Translations under genes and position numbers: made by a program
Assembly (NCBI GenBank): GCA_963695345.1
Contig: OY968769.1
Coordinates: 480,001-544,000 of the forward strand
Direction of reading: 5' to 3'
From: an uncultured Methanomassiliicoccales archaeon
GTDB lineage: Archaea; Thermoplasmatota; Thermoplasmata; Methanomassiliicoccales; UBA472
DNA length: 64,000 nt
Part shown: positions 11,904 through 22,006 of the stretch, in pieces
How the letters are laid out: the number at the start of each line of letters is the position of its first letter
Position numbering within the stretch: position 1 is the stretch's first letter
Notes under the pieces: generated by a model
Databases searched by the model: none
Told to the model about the DNA's origin: nothing
Seen by the model: only the letters and a program-made list of their open reading frames with translations

Positions 11904-12554
11904 ATGAGCGGAAAAGGGGAATTAGCAAAAAAAGAGCTGTTTGATGCAATTGTTGCATATGACAAAGATAGAACACTTAAGAGTGTTGAAGTGGCGCGGA
12001 GCGTTCTGACTCCACAAGAAATCATCGATTCACTTGCAGCTGGTATGAATGAAGTTGGAATAAGATTCGAAAGAGGTCGCCTATTCCTTCCTCACGTAAT
12101 GGTGGCTGCAAGTGCAATGACCTCGGGAGTTGAGATCATAAAGCAAGACCTCCCGAAAGGTGAGGGCGGTAAGAGTCTTGGCGTTATTGTCACAGGGACA
12201 GTGGAAGGGGACGTACATGACATTGGTAAATCCATCGTCTCCACGATGCTACAGTGCGCCGGATATGAAGTTCATGATCTGGGTAGAGATGTCCCTACAA
12301 AGAACTTCATTGACACAATAAAGGAAAAGAAAGCAGACATGGTCGGTCTGTCCGCATTGATGACCACATCTATGCAGACCCAGCGGGAAGTCATCGAGAA
12401 TTTGGTAGAAATGAATTTGAGAAAGAATATTAAGGTCATGGTGGGTGGCGCGCCAGCAACTCAATCATGGGCGGACAAGATTGGCGCTGACGGTTATGGA
12501 GAGAACGCTAGTGAGGCGGTCAAGAAGGCCGGAGAACTCCTCAAGAAGAAGTGA
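11904..12554 (+). CDS. mtbC: Dimethylamine corrinoid protein
   Basis: LFLPHV, GDVHDIGK, SALMTT, VGGAP; GGAGG RBS before ATG 11904; upstream of mtbB. Confidence 0.9.
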   Translation: MSGKGELAKKELFDAIVAYDKDRTLKSVEVARSVLTPQEIIDSLAAGMNEVGIRFERGRLFLPHVMVAASAMTSGVEIIKQDLPKGEGGKSLGVIVTGTVEGDVHDIGKSIVSTMLQCAGYEVHDLGRDVPTKNFIDTIKEKKADMVGLSALMTTSMQTQREVIENLVEMNLRKNIKVMVGGAPATQSWADKIGADGYGENASEAVKKAGELLKKK

Positions 12555-12585
12555 GAAATGCCAGTGTTCAAGGAGGTAAGAGAAA

Positions 12586-13993
12586 ATGTCAAACGAATAT
12601 GCGCTTAGAATGGGAGATGGCAAGAGAGTCTATCTTTCTAAGAAACAGATTGTGGATGATGTTACCGCCGGTTCGGAAGATGCTGCAGATCTTGGGAGCA
12701 TCCCAACCATGAGCTCCGAGGACATGGAAAGGCTCGTGGAAATTCTGATGATGCCTGGGAGAATGGTGGGCGTTGAGCATGGGATGGAAGTGCCGGTTAC
12801 TCATGATATCGGAACTATCCGCCTAGATGGAGATCAGGGTAACAGCGGAGTCGGAATTCCCTCCAGCAGATTGGTCGGAATGATGACACATGAACGGGCT
12901 CTAGGGGCAGACTCTATGGAACTTGGTCACATCGACTATAGTTTCAAACCAGTCAAACCGGTGATCGCCCAAGAGATGCAGACGATGGAGATCGTCCAGC
13001 AGAACATGATTGTTCCGGTGCTTTACGGTGCGATGCCGAACATGGGCCTCTATTATCGCCCTGATGGTCCCTTTGACAACCCTGGTGACCTCATGAAGGC
13101 CTTCAAAATCGAGGAGGCTCAGAGATCGACAGAGCATGCCGCAGAGCATTTGACACGCGACATGATCTGGGTAATGCAGAGAATTATGAAATCAGGATCA
13201 GATGGAGTCAACTTTGACACTACTGCGGCTGCGGGAGATGGCGATTTCTTTGCCACACTCAATGCGATCGAAGTATTGAGGAAGGAATTCCCAGAAATGT
13301 ATATAGAATCCGGTATGGCTGGAGAGCTTGTACTTGGAATGCATGGAGAACTAAAGTACAAAGGTGAGACCCTTGCCGGCATGTGGCCTCATCAACAGGC
13401 AAAAATGGTGGCCAAGGCTGGTTCTAACATTTTTGGCCCGGTGGTCAATACCAACACCAGCAAGTCAGGTGCCTGGAACCTGGGAAGGGCCGTCACCTTC
13501 GTGAAAGCTGCGGTTAAGGCATCTCCAATACCTTGTCACGTAAACATGGGGATGGGCGTCGGCGGAATACCGATGTTTGAGACCCCCACGATTGATGCGG
13601 TCTCCCATGCTAGCAAGGCGATGGTCGAGATCGCCCATGTCGACGGCATATAGGTTGGGGTCGGCGACCCGATGGGTATGCCGATCACACACGTAATGAC
13701 GTCCGGAATGAGTGGACTCAGGGCAGCAGGCGATCTGGTCTGTAGGATGGAGTTTGCGAAAAGCATGAGAATCAACGCAGGCGAAGGAGTTCGTTGCCAA
13801 GAAGGTGGGAGTCGACACCGTGGACCTCAGCGACGAATTTGTCATGCGAGATATCAGAGAGAGTCTCGGAATTGGCGTAGTTACCTCAGTTGCAGGAGCG
13901 CCGAAAGGCATTGCAGCCAAGATGAACATAGAAAAATTATTGGGCATCAAGATCAACTGCTGCGAAAAGTTCAGGGCACAGGTGAAGAAGTAG
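12586..13993 (+). CDS. mtbB: Dimethylamine:corrinoid methyltransferase, Pyl at TAG 13651-13653; one frameshift near 13778 (probably a sequence error)
   Basis: [29 protein letters not shown] (codon 356). Removing one base at AAC-GCAG-GCG restores [10 protein letters not shown]. Ends TAG TAA. Confidence 0.92.
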
Positions 13994-14020
13994 TAAAAAA
14001 TCAAACGCTTAATCTATCTA

Positions 14021-14074
14021 TCTCTGGACCAGCTTCTAACTGTTAATTACCTTAGGTCCAGAGAGCGGTTTTTT
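14021..14074 (+). terminator. Hairpin plus T-tract between mtbB and mtbP
   Basis: TCTCTGGACC (14021-30) pairs with GGTCCAGAGA (14055-64), followed by GCGGTTTTTT. Confidence 0.55.
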
Positions 14075-14108
14075 CTACATTCAGTGGAGGAGAGAGGAGG
14101 GGTGATTC

Positions 14109-15590
14109 ATGGTTGATATTCAAGAAGGAGGAGGTAGTCCTATGGAAACCGAGTCGAAAAAAGGGAATTCGAACGAACTACAAAGGACTATAGATTGGAA
14201 ACAAGGATTAATGATAGCTGTTGGCGTACCATTGTTGATATTGCCATCGATTGGCTATACTGCAAGTTATCTTTGGGCAGCTGCGATAATACTCTGGGTG
14301 GCATCGGTTCTTCAGGGATTCATGCAGAATATTGCCTATGGAGAAATGGCGACGGCGTTCCCCAAAGCATCAGGGTTGCCTGGTTTTGCCCAAGCTGTAT
14401 TTAAAACAAATAATAATGTAAATAAATATGATAGAGGAAAGTTAATCGGCGGATTCAGCGCCTGGGGCTATTGGTTTGCCTGGAATCCGGTATTGGCGAT
14501 CTTTTCATTGACAATCGCAAGCTATCTGCAGGGTATGATTCCGGCATTGGCTGATTACGATTTCGTGTCATTAGCCTTAGTTTGTGGGGCGTTAATATTC
14601 GTGGCCTTAATTCTCATAAACATGAAAGGATTGGCGAACGGCGCCAGGATCGGATTGATTCTAGCAGTAGTGTCTCTTATCCCGTTGATTGTAATCTCGA
14701 TAGCGCCATTTGCCACTGGTGATTTCAACGTTTCGAATATCACTAACAACTTGGTGCCCACGGGTTGGACGTGGGATTGGCAACATATTCTGATAATCTT
14801 TGGTCTATTTGCCATCGCCCAATGGAGTGCGTGCGCGTGGGAGACTGCGGCAATTTATGGACCACAATACAAGAAACCTGGTTCGGATGTGCCCAAAGCA
14901 CTATTCACCTGTGGGATAATTTGCTTAATTATCTTTGCCCTTGTTCAGACATCTGTGACTGGTACACTGGGCATTGATGGCATTCTTGCACAACCGGTCT
15001 CGCCCCTAGTACCCATGGCTGAAACGACATTTGGCTCGCTCGGTTCATCTGTCATGATTGTCATGCTCGTAGCTGCAATGATCTTGATAATCCAGACGGC
15101 GTTCCTGGGCTCTGCAACGTCGATGCACTCCATGGCGTCTGAAGGAAATCTTCCAAAATTCTTCAGCAAGTTGAACTCAAGTGGAGTTCCAGTTCGGGCA
15201 ATGATCGCAATTGCACTATTCAATATGGCACTGATCTCTCTGAAGACCCCGACCGCAATATTAGCCGCCTCAGCGATTGGATACACTTGCGCCAACGGAA
15301 TCAGCCTTTTTGCGTATGTCAAGGCGAAGAGGGATCCAGAGCTAAAGAAGTTGAATAGGCCGTTCAAGGCACCACGGGGCTGGACATATGTTGCCCTTGC
15401 ATTCGGGCTGTTCAACATTCCACTCTGTCTAATTGGTGTCATGTATCTGAACAGTCTAGAAAGTGGGATAACGGCAATCATTGTCGGAGTTATCGTTCTT
15501 GCAGCCTATTTGCCGATCTGGTTCTGGTCTCAGCATAAGAATTCAGAACTCCAAGAAAAAGAGGGAGTAATGGAGGCGGCTGAGGAGTAA
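14109..15590 (+). CDS. mtbP: APC-family permease, probable dimethylamine permease
   Basis: About 12 TM helices; ELQRTIDWKQG, YGEMATAFP, RPFKAP; follows mtbB. Alternative start at MET-ESK. Confidence 0.8.
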   Translation: MVDIQEGGGSPMETESKKGNSNELQRTIDWKQGLMIAVGVPLLILPSIGYTASYLWAAAIILWVASVLQGFMQNIAYGEMATAFPKASGLPGFAQAVFKTNNNVNKYDRGKLIGGFSAWGYWFAWNPVLAIFSLTIASYLQGMIPALADYDFVSLALVCGALIFVALILINMKGLANGARIGLILAVVSLIPLIVISIAPFATGDFNVSNITNNLVPTGWTWDWQHILIIFGLFAIAQWSACAWETAAIYGPQYKKPGSDVPKALFTCGIICLIIFALVQTSVTGTLGIDGILAQPVSPLVPMAETTFGSLGSSVMIVMLVAAMILIIQTAFLGSATSMHSMASEGNLPKFFSKLNSSGVPVRAMIAIALFNMALISLKTPTAILAASAIGYTCANGISLFAYVKAKRDPELKKLNRPFKAPRGWTYVALAFGLFNIPLCLIGVMYLNSLESGITAIIVGVIVLAAYLPIWFWSQHKNSELQEKEGVMEAAEE

Positions 15591-15968
15591 ACAGGCATTG
15601 AATTGAGAGTTCTATGGACAGAAATGACTGTCCATTCTAAATCATTTTCATCCCTTTACGATAAAATGTATCAAAATGATGAGAGTTAAGAATGGATGGA
15701 ATTCGTTCGCTAATTTGATCAGGAAGGAAAAATCTGGAGAGGAATGCCTTCAACAATTCTGTCCATAACAATTCATGGGATGATGCATGGGAACGTTTTC
15801 GAACAATAGGCTCGCCCGGTCTTCTTTGGACTTGTTATTTCATGTAGACAATCACCAAAATGGAAGCCGTTCATAGCCGAGAGGATTAGATGGTGTCTGA
15901 TCCGGCCACCGTGAAGGCGGCATACTGACAAATATGGAATTAGAATTGAGATAAGATGCATCCATAAT

Positions 15969-17601
15969 TGTCAGCGCCGGTTGAAAATTCACCAGATTTG
16001 AAGGCTGTCCCATTATTGAGTTTTCAGAGTGCCGGTTGAATTTTTACTATCAAATTTGTTCGATATCTTAACGCCTGTTGAGTAAGATCCAACCGGCCGT
16101 TCCTCTTCTGACAGAATCAGGTCCGCAGTCCGATCCTATTGGTCCATAGCTTCCTCAGGTTATGGCCCATACAAGCCAGCGTCCACTCGCTCCTTACTCT
16201 TCTTAAACCCTTACAGAAGAATTCTCGCACTCCGCGATTCTCTTTGATGTTTCCGAAGAAGCACTCGACGGTGCGACTTCGCCTGGAGAAGATGGCATGA
16301 CCCTCATCGGTGAGCAGCTTGGCCGCCATCTCCTCCATGACCGTTGGGGCTCGTTTCTTGATCCGTGGCGGGCGTTTCATCCTGGTGTCGTAGCTTAACT
16401 GGGTGACGATGTACAGGTCGACTCCGTCGCCCTGTTCGACCATTGGAGTATTGAAGTAGCCAGCATCGGCCAGAAGTTTTTCAGGCCGTCTGTCCTTAAA
16501 TTTCTCAATCTCGTCCAACATCGGCAACAGCTGATTCATATCGTTGCAGTCCTGGACGGCGACCTCGGCTACGATTACCTGGCTGTCGCAATCGACCACC
16601 GCCTGAGCATTGTACGCCTGGGCGTATCCGTTCTGAGTAATCATGATCCTGCACTCTTGGTCCGATGGATTCCTCCGCTCTGATCTCTTCTCGAGCTCCA
16701 TCTTCGACTTCCTGCTCCTGACCTTCCTCCCCTTCGCTGCCCATTCTTCCTCCAGGCGGAGCCGTTCCTCGATCTTCGCCTTCTGTTCCGCTTCCGCCTT
16801 CTCCTCTGCCTCCTTGAGCTGGCGGAGTGTATCGGCGATACGCTGCCTCCTTCCATCCCTGCGTCTCAGGGACGGCGGCAACGGATTCCCGTCATCATCG
16901 CCAAGTCGATCATCCTCGTCTTTATCGGCCTTTCCGCCTCTTTCATTATCCGATCGATCCTCTCGTCGATCTCGTCTAGCTCCTTCTGCAGGTCCTCCTT
17001 CTCCATGTTCTTCTAGATGTTCGCGTTCGCCTTGATCTTCGTTCCATCCAGTGAAACAACCTGGAGATCGGCTAGACCTTCTTCCGCGCAGAGCTGGACG
17101 ACCTGGCGGAACGCTTCCGCATGCTCGGTGCGGAAGCGGCAGATTGTTCTGAAATCGGGAAAGTTATTTGATGCCAGCACACGGAACGCAATATTCTCCC
17201 TCGTTGCTAAAAGAGATCTGTCTGGATGATCGAAGGCCTAAGCTGTAGGCATAGGCCAATATCTTGACCATCATCTTCGGGTCGTAGGGCGGGTAGCCAG
17301 GTGCTGGGGCATATCGGGCATAGATCGATGCCAGGTCCGGTTCATCGATCACTTCGGAGATGAAGTAGGCCAGATGATCCTCGGGTAGCCATTCATGAAG
17401 GTCCGGAGGCAATAAAAGCGTCTGGTCGGGATCGTATCGACGGAACGTCTTTTTCCGAGCTGGCATGATATCATTCACGCCATCTGAATTTATTTAAAAA
17501 TTGTAACCAGATTTGTTACTAAATCCAAATATAAATTAGTCAGAATCTATATAAAACTGTGACAGTCTCCAGAAATGGATAAAATTCAACTGCCACTAAC
17601 A
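15969..17601 (-). mobile_element. Degenerate IS: IS21-like termini enclosing an IS1182-family transposase
   Basis: Imperfect terminal IRs TGTCAGCGCCGGTTGAAAATT / TGTTAGTGGCAGTTGAATTTT; subterminal repeat GTGCCGGTTGAATTTT near 16029; flanks ATAAT / ATCAT (possible 5-bp target duplication). Confidence 0.65.
16117..17478 (-). pseudogene. IS1182-family transposase, disrupted (frameshifts and an in-frame TAG at 17015-17013)
   Basis: QTLLLPPDLHEWLPEDHLAYFI, PYDPKMMVKILAYAY, DGTKIKANA, YNAQAVVD, LADAGY, RSRTVECFFGNIK spread over several frames. Confidence 0.85.
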
Positions 17602-17959
17602 ATCATGAGCGAAAAAACTGAACGACAATAGTATAATATCCGTTAACATGATCATAAATGCGGAGGAAAATGATCGAGCTAGAGAAGATATTTGGTCCAT
17701 CAAGTCAGTAGTAATTGAATAGGAAGGACGATTAAAAATTCCTTACTATGATTATCTATTGGAATATGATGATTAGTTTAGAGAAGAATATTGTGACCCA
17801 TTGGATTGGAGTTCACGGCAGATGTGGTGATTTTTGTTCTTTACCGATTGGCCATTTAGGGCCTCCTCTCTCCTTTGCCATTCTAAAGACGTTCAGGATT
17901 GTACCAGATAAAACCGTCGGCCGTTGGGTGAAATAGGAAGTAATGAAGAAGATGCTCGT

Positions 17960-18130
17960 CTAGGTTCCTAAACATAATCCTAGGAGGTCAGATGAACGAT
18001 GAAACACTATTCATTTACTATAAATAATTATGAGGTATTAAAAGAATGATTTATATACTGATGTTACAAGACTTAACAGTCAATAGGTTAAATTTATATA
18101 TAATAAATTAAAGAGGAAGTCAATGTCTAA
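17960..18130 (+). promoter_or_regulatory. AT-rich promoter region of the mtbB'-mttBCP operon
   Basis: TATA-like TTTATATA boxes and blocks shared with 11688-11790. Confidence 0.55.
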
Positions 18131-18199
18131 TAATATTTATATATAAAGAATCTCGATACTCGAATAGACGTTAATCAAGTCACAATCGATGTCAGGTGG

Positions 18200-18640
18200 A
18201 TGGGCGTCGGCGGAATACCGATGTTCGAGACCCCGACGATCGATGCGGTCTCCCATGCTATCAAGGCAATGGTCGAGATCGCTCATGTCGATGGAATATA
18301 GGTTGGGGTCGGCGACCCTATGGGTATGCCGATCGAACACGTCATGACATCCGGTATGAGCGGACTGCGCGCAGGCGGAGATTTGGTCGCACGCATGGAA
18401 TTCGCCATGAGCATGCGCCTGAAGGATGCCAAGGAATACGTGGCTAAGAAGCTGGGAGTGAACCCGATGGACCTGAGCAACGAACATGCCATGAGAGAGG
18501 TCAGGGAAGCGTTCGGCCTGGGCGTCATCACCTCGGTGGCGGGTGCCCCGAAGGAGATAGCAGCGAAGATGAACATCGAAAAGGCGCTGGACATCGAGAT
18601 TAACTGCTGCGAGAAGTTCAGGAACCAGCTGAAGAAGTGA
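18200..18640 (+). pseudogene. mtbB: 5'-truncated second mtbB (C-terminal ~146 codons) retaining the Pyl TAG at 18299-18301
   Basis: [17 protein letters not shown]...[15 protein letters not shown]...INCCEKF; homology to mtbB starts abruptly at 18198. Confidence 0.85.
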
Positions 18641-18697
18641 GAATAGCCGGAACTAGCGATGAATAATTTGGTGGATTAAAGAAAGGAGGAGAAAACA

Positions 18698-20185
18698 ATG
18701 GGACAACACTACTACCCCGGAAGGGATAGATTGGAGGGCGTAAAGCTCGAGATGTTCAATACGGACGATCTCAGGCAGATCGATTACGCCAGTATGGAAG
18801 TGCTGCTGAACCCTGGCGTACAGGTTTCTGATGTAGAGGCAAGGAAGCTCTTCAAGGAAGCCGGATGCGAGGTCAACGAATCGACCAGGATCGTCAAGAT
18901 CCCCCAGTGGTTGGTCCGCAAGGCATTGATGATGGCGCCCTCGAAGTTCTATCTATACGGAAGGGACAAGAAGAACACAGTCCCCCAGGAACACAAAGGC
19001 AAGGTCCACTGGACCTGCTTCGGTACTGGGATCAAGATGTGTAACTACCTTGGACCAGGCAACTTCAAGACCGTCGACTCGACCGAGAAGGACGTCGCCA
19101 ACACCGCGAAGATCGTTGACTGGGCGGAGAACGTGGATTACTACTCACTGGCAGTGTCCGCAAGGGACTGGGCAGGAAAGGGCGCACAGGACGTGCACGA
19201 GACCCTCACCTCGCTGTCCAACACCACGAAGCACTTCCAGCACATCGACCCCGTCGGAGGCAACGTCGAATTCTACTGGGAAATCGCCAAGGCCTACTAC
19301 GGTGGCAACGAGGAGATGGCCCGCGCTAAGCCGATATTCTCGATGCTGCTATGCCCGACCAGCCCGCTGGAGCTGAGCTCCAACGCCTGTCAGGTCATCA
19401 TCAAGGGCGCCAGGTTCGGAATCCCGGTCAACGTCCTGAGCATGGCCATGTCCGGAGGGTCCTCGCCGATATTCCTGGCCGGTACCCTTGTCACCCACAA
19501 CGCCGAGGTGTTGGCAGGCATCACCCTGTCCCAGATCGCCCAGCCGGGCGCAAAGGTCTGGTACGGAAGCTCCACCACCACCTTCGACGTCAAGAGGGGA
19601 ACCGCTCCGGTAGGTTCACCAGAACTCGGAATGATCAGCGCCGCTGTGGCCAAACTTGGACAGTACTACGGACTGCCCACGTTCGTGGCGGGCATATAGG
19701 CTGACGCCAAGATACCTGATGTACAGGCAGGTCACGAGAAGACCATAACGACCCTTCTCCCCGCCCTCGCCGGTGCTAACACCATCTATGGTGCAGGTAT
19801 GCTTGAACTTGGCATGACATTCTCGATGGAGCAGCTTGTAATCGACAACGACATAATCGCCATGACGAAGAAAGTGATGTCCGGGATCCCGGTAAACGAG
19901 GAGACCATGGGAGTGGAATCGATCCAGAAGGTTGGAATCGGCAACAACTTCCTGGGACACAAGTCGACCAGGGCGAACATCAACCTACCGTCGGACCCGA
20001 TGCTGATCAACAGGGACATGATCGGAGACTGGACCGCGGCCGGATCGAAGGATCTGATAACCGTGGCCCACGAGAAGGTCCTGAACATCATGAAGACCCA
20101 CGAGGTAACACCAATCGACGCCGACCTGCACAAGGACATGGTCGCGATCATGAACAAGGCGGACAAGGCGTTCCAGGGTAACTAA
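18698..20185 (+). CDS. mttB: Trimethylamine:corrinoid methyltransferase, Pyl at TAG 19697-19699
   Basis: ORFs 18698-19699 and 19799-20185 joined in frame: [16 protein letters not shown] (codon 334); CPTSPL, HNAEVL, GHEKT; strong RBS. Confidence 0.96.
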
Positions 20186-20198
20186 GGGGGACAAATAA

Positions 20199-20858
20199 AT
20201 GTCAAAAGCAAACGAAATAATCGAGAAGGCGAAGAGCGCGGTCCTGGCATACGATCAGGAGGCCGCAGAGGAAGTGGCGCAGGAGGCGCTGAAGGCAGGG
20301 ATCAGCCCGGTCGATGTGATCCAGCTCGGATTCACAAAGGCAATGACGGAAGTCGGCGACAGGTATGCCGCCAAGGAGCTCTATTTGCCCCACGTCATCG
20401 CGGCCTCGGAAGCCATGACCGCCGGAGTGAAGATCCTCACCCCGGCCCTGGAAAAGATGGGCGGCGACCAGTCGAAGGGATTGGGGACCGTGGTCATCTG
20501 CACCATCGAGGGAGACATCCACTGCATCGGGAAGGACATCGTCGGCATCATGATGAAGGTCGCCGGATTCAACGTCATCAACCTGGGCAGGGACATCCCG
20601 GTCAAGGAGATCGTGGCGGCAGTGAAACAGCACAACCCATTGGCGGTCGGAACCTCCGCCCTGATGACCTCGACAATGGTCAACCAGATTGCCGTGGAAG
20701 AGATGCTCAAAGAACAAGGGATCAGAAAGGGCGTCAAGACCATGGTCGGCGGTGCTCCATGCACCCAGCAGTGGGCCGACAAGATCGGGGCCGACATCTA
20801 TGCCGAGAACGCGGGCGATGCGGTCAACCGGCTGAAGGCAGTCGTTGAGCAGAAGTAA
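20199..20858 (+). CDS. mttC: Trimethylamine corrinoid protein
   Basis: LYLPHV, EGDIHCIGK, SALMTST, VGGAP; follows mttB. Confidence 0.92.
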   Translation: MSKANEIIEKAKSAVLAYDQEAAEEVAQEALKAGISPVDVIQLGFTKAMTEVGDRYAAKELYLPHVIAASEAMTAGVKILTPALEKMGGDQSKGLGTVVICTIEGDIHCIGKDIVGIMMKVAGFNVINLGRDIPVKEIVAAVKQHNPLAVGTSALMTSTMVNQIAVEEMLKEQGIRKGVKTMVGGAPCTQQWADKIGADIYAENAGDAVNRLKAVVEQK

Positions 20859-20935
20859 AAGCGGTCGCGGCACCGCAACATAAACCCTTTTCATCAATCT
20901 TTCATCTTAACAGATAAATCTTAGGGGGGAAAAAC

Positions 20936-22006
20936 TTGGTGGATTTGGAAGAAAGGAGACAATTGGAACATAAGAAAAGGATCAGGATAGGGTATCTCAT
21001 GGCTCTGTTCTGCGCCATCCTGTGGGGCCTTTGGTACCTGCCGGGAAACGCCCTTTGGAGCTTGGAGCCGTTCTCGTCGATGTTCACTGCGGTGGATGCC
21101 ACCCATGGAGGCACGGTCGCCCTGATCGTTGTGGCGGTGCTGATATCTGGGTTCAACGCAATCACCGTGATTATCGCCCTGTTCATCTGGAATGGCGGAC
21201 TCGGCAAATATAAGGAGATGTACCGGACCGCCAGGCAGTTCAGGCCATGCACCAAGTACTACTTCTTCGCATCCATATTCGGCGGACCGATGGCGATCCT
21301 TGGTTCATTCATGGCCATGGGATTTGTCGGAGCGGCTTTCGCAGCGGTCGCGGCCCTGTTCTATCCGGTCGTAGGATCCCTGCTATCATATTACTGGCTC
21401 GGCCAGAAGGTATCGAGGAGGGCGCTCATAGGAATTCTGATCATCGTGTTCGGAAGCCTTGCTATCTACGCCGGAGGCCTGATAAACGACCTCACCAACG
21501 GAGGCGGCAACGTCATGGGCTACGTAGGTGGCCTGATGGCTGCGGCCGGCTGGGGCATTGAGGGAGCAGTAGCCGCTAAGGCACTGGACATTTCGGAACC
21601 GGACATCGGCATCACGCTCAGGTTCCTGGGTGAGAACATCATCTGGTGGGTCGTCGTCATACCGATACTATTCCTGCTGGGATTCCCGATGTACGACTAT
21701 GCGTTGCAGGTCTTTGAGCCGACGGTGCTGCTGGTCCTGCTGATGGCGGGTATAACCTTTGGTTTCTGTTATGTCGCCTGGTACAAATCCTTCCCCCTCA
21801 TCGGCGTGGGGAGAGGACAGGGCATTGGAAACCTCTACGGAATATTCGCAGTGGTATTCATCGCGTTGTTCGTCGGAACCATCCCGGAATGGACGATCTT
21901 GCTCGGAGGAGTGATGTGCATCATCGGCAGTTTGGTCATGTTCACCGAAGGCAGCATTGCGCTGGAATCGTTGAGACGTGACGAACCCAAGGGGGAAACG
22001 AAATGA
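20936..22006 (+). CDS. mttP: DMT/EamA-family permease, probable trimethylamine permease
   Basis: About 10 TM helices; FGGPMA, GWGIEG, WYKSFPLIGVGRG; follows mttC. Confidence 0.85.
   Translation: MVDLEERRQLEHKKRIRIGYLMALFCAILWGLWYLPGNALWSLEPFSSMFTAVDATHGGTVALIVVAVLISGFNAITVIIALFIWNGGLGKYKEMYRTARQFRPCTKYYFFASIFGGPMAILGSFMAMGFVGAAFAAVAALFYPVVGSLLSYYWLGQKVSRRALIGILIIVFGSLAIYAGGLINDLTNGGGNVMGYVGGLMAAAGWGIEGAVAAKALDISEPDIGITLRFLGENIIWWVVVIPILFLLGFPMYDYALQVFEPTVLLVLLMAGITFGFCYVAWYKSFPLIGVGRGQGIGNLYGIFAVVFIALFVGTIPEWTILLGGVMCIIGSLVMFTEGSIALESLRRDEPKGETK

Noticed and set aside
7973-20185. Split mtmB, mtbB and mttB ORFs read as separate genes or pseudogenes
   Set aside because: The breaks are in-frame TAGs at the canonical Pyl positions, and pylTSBCD is present.
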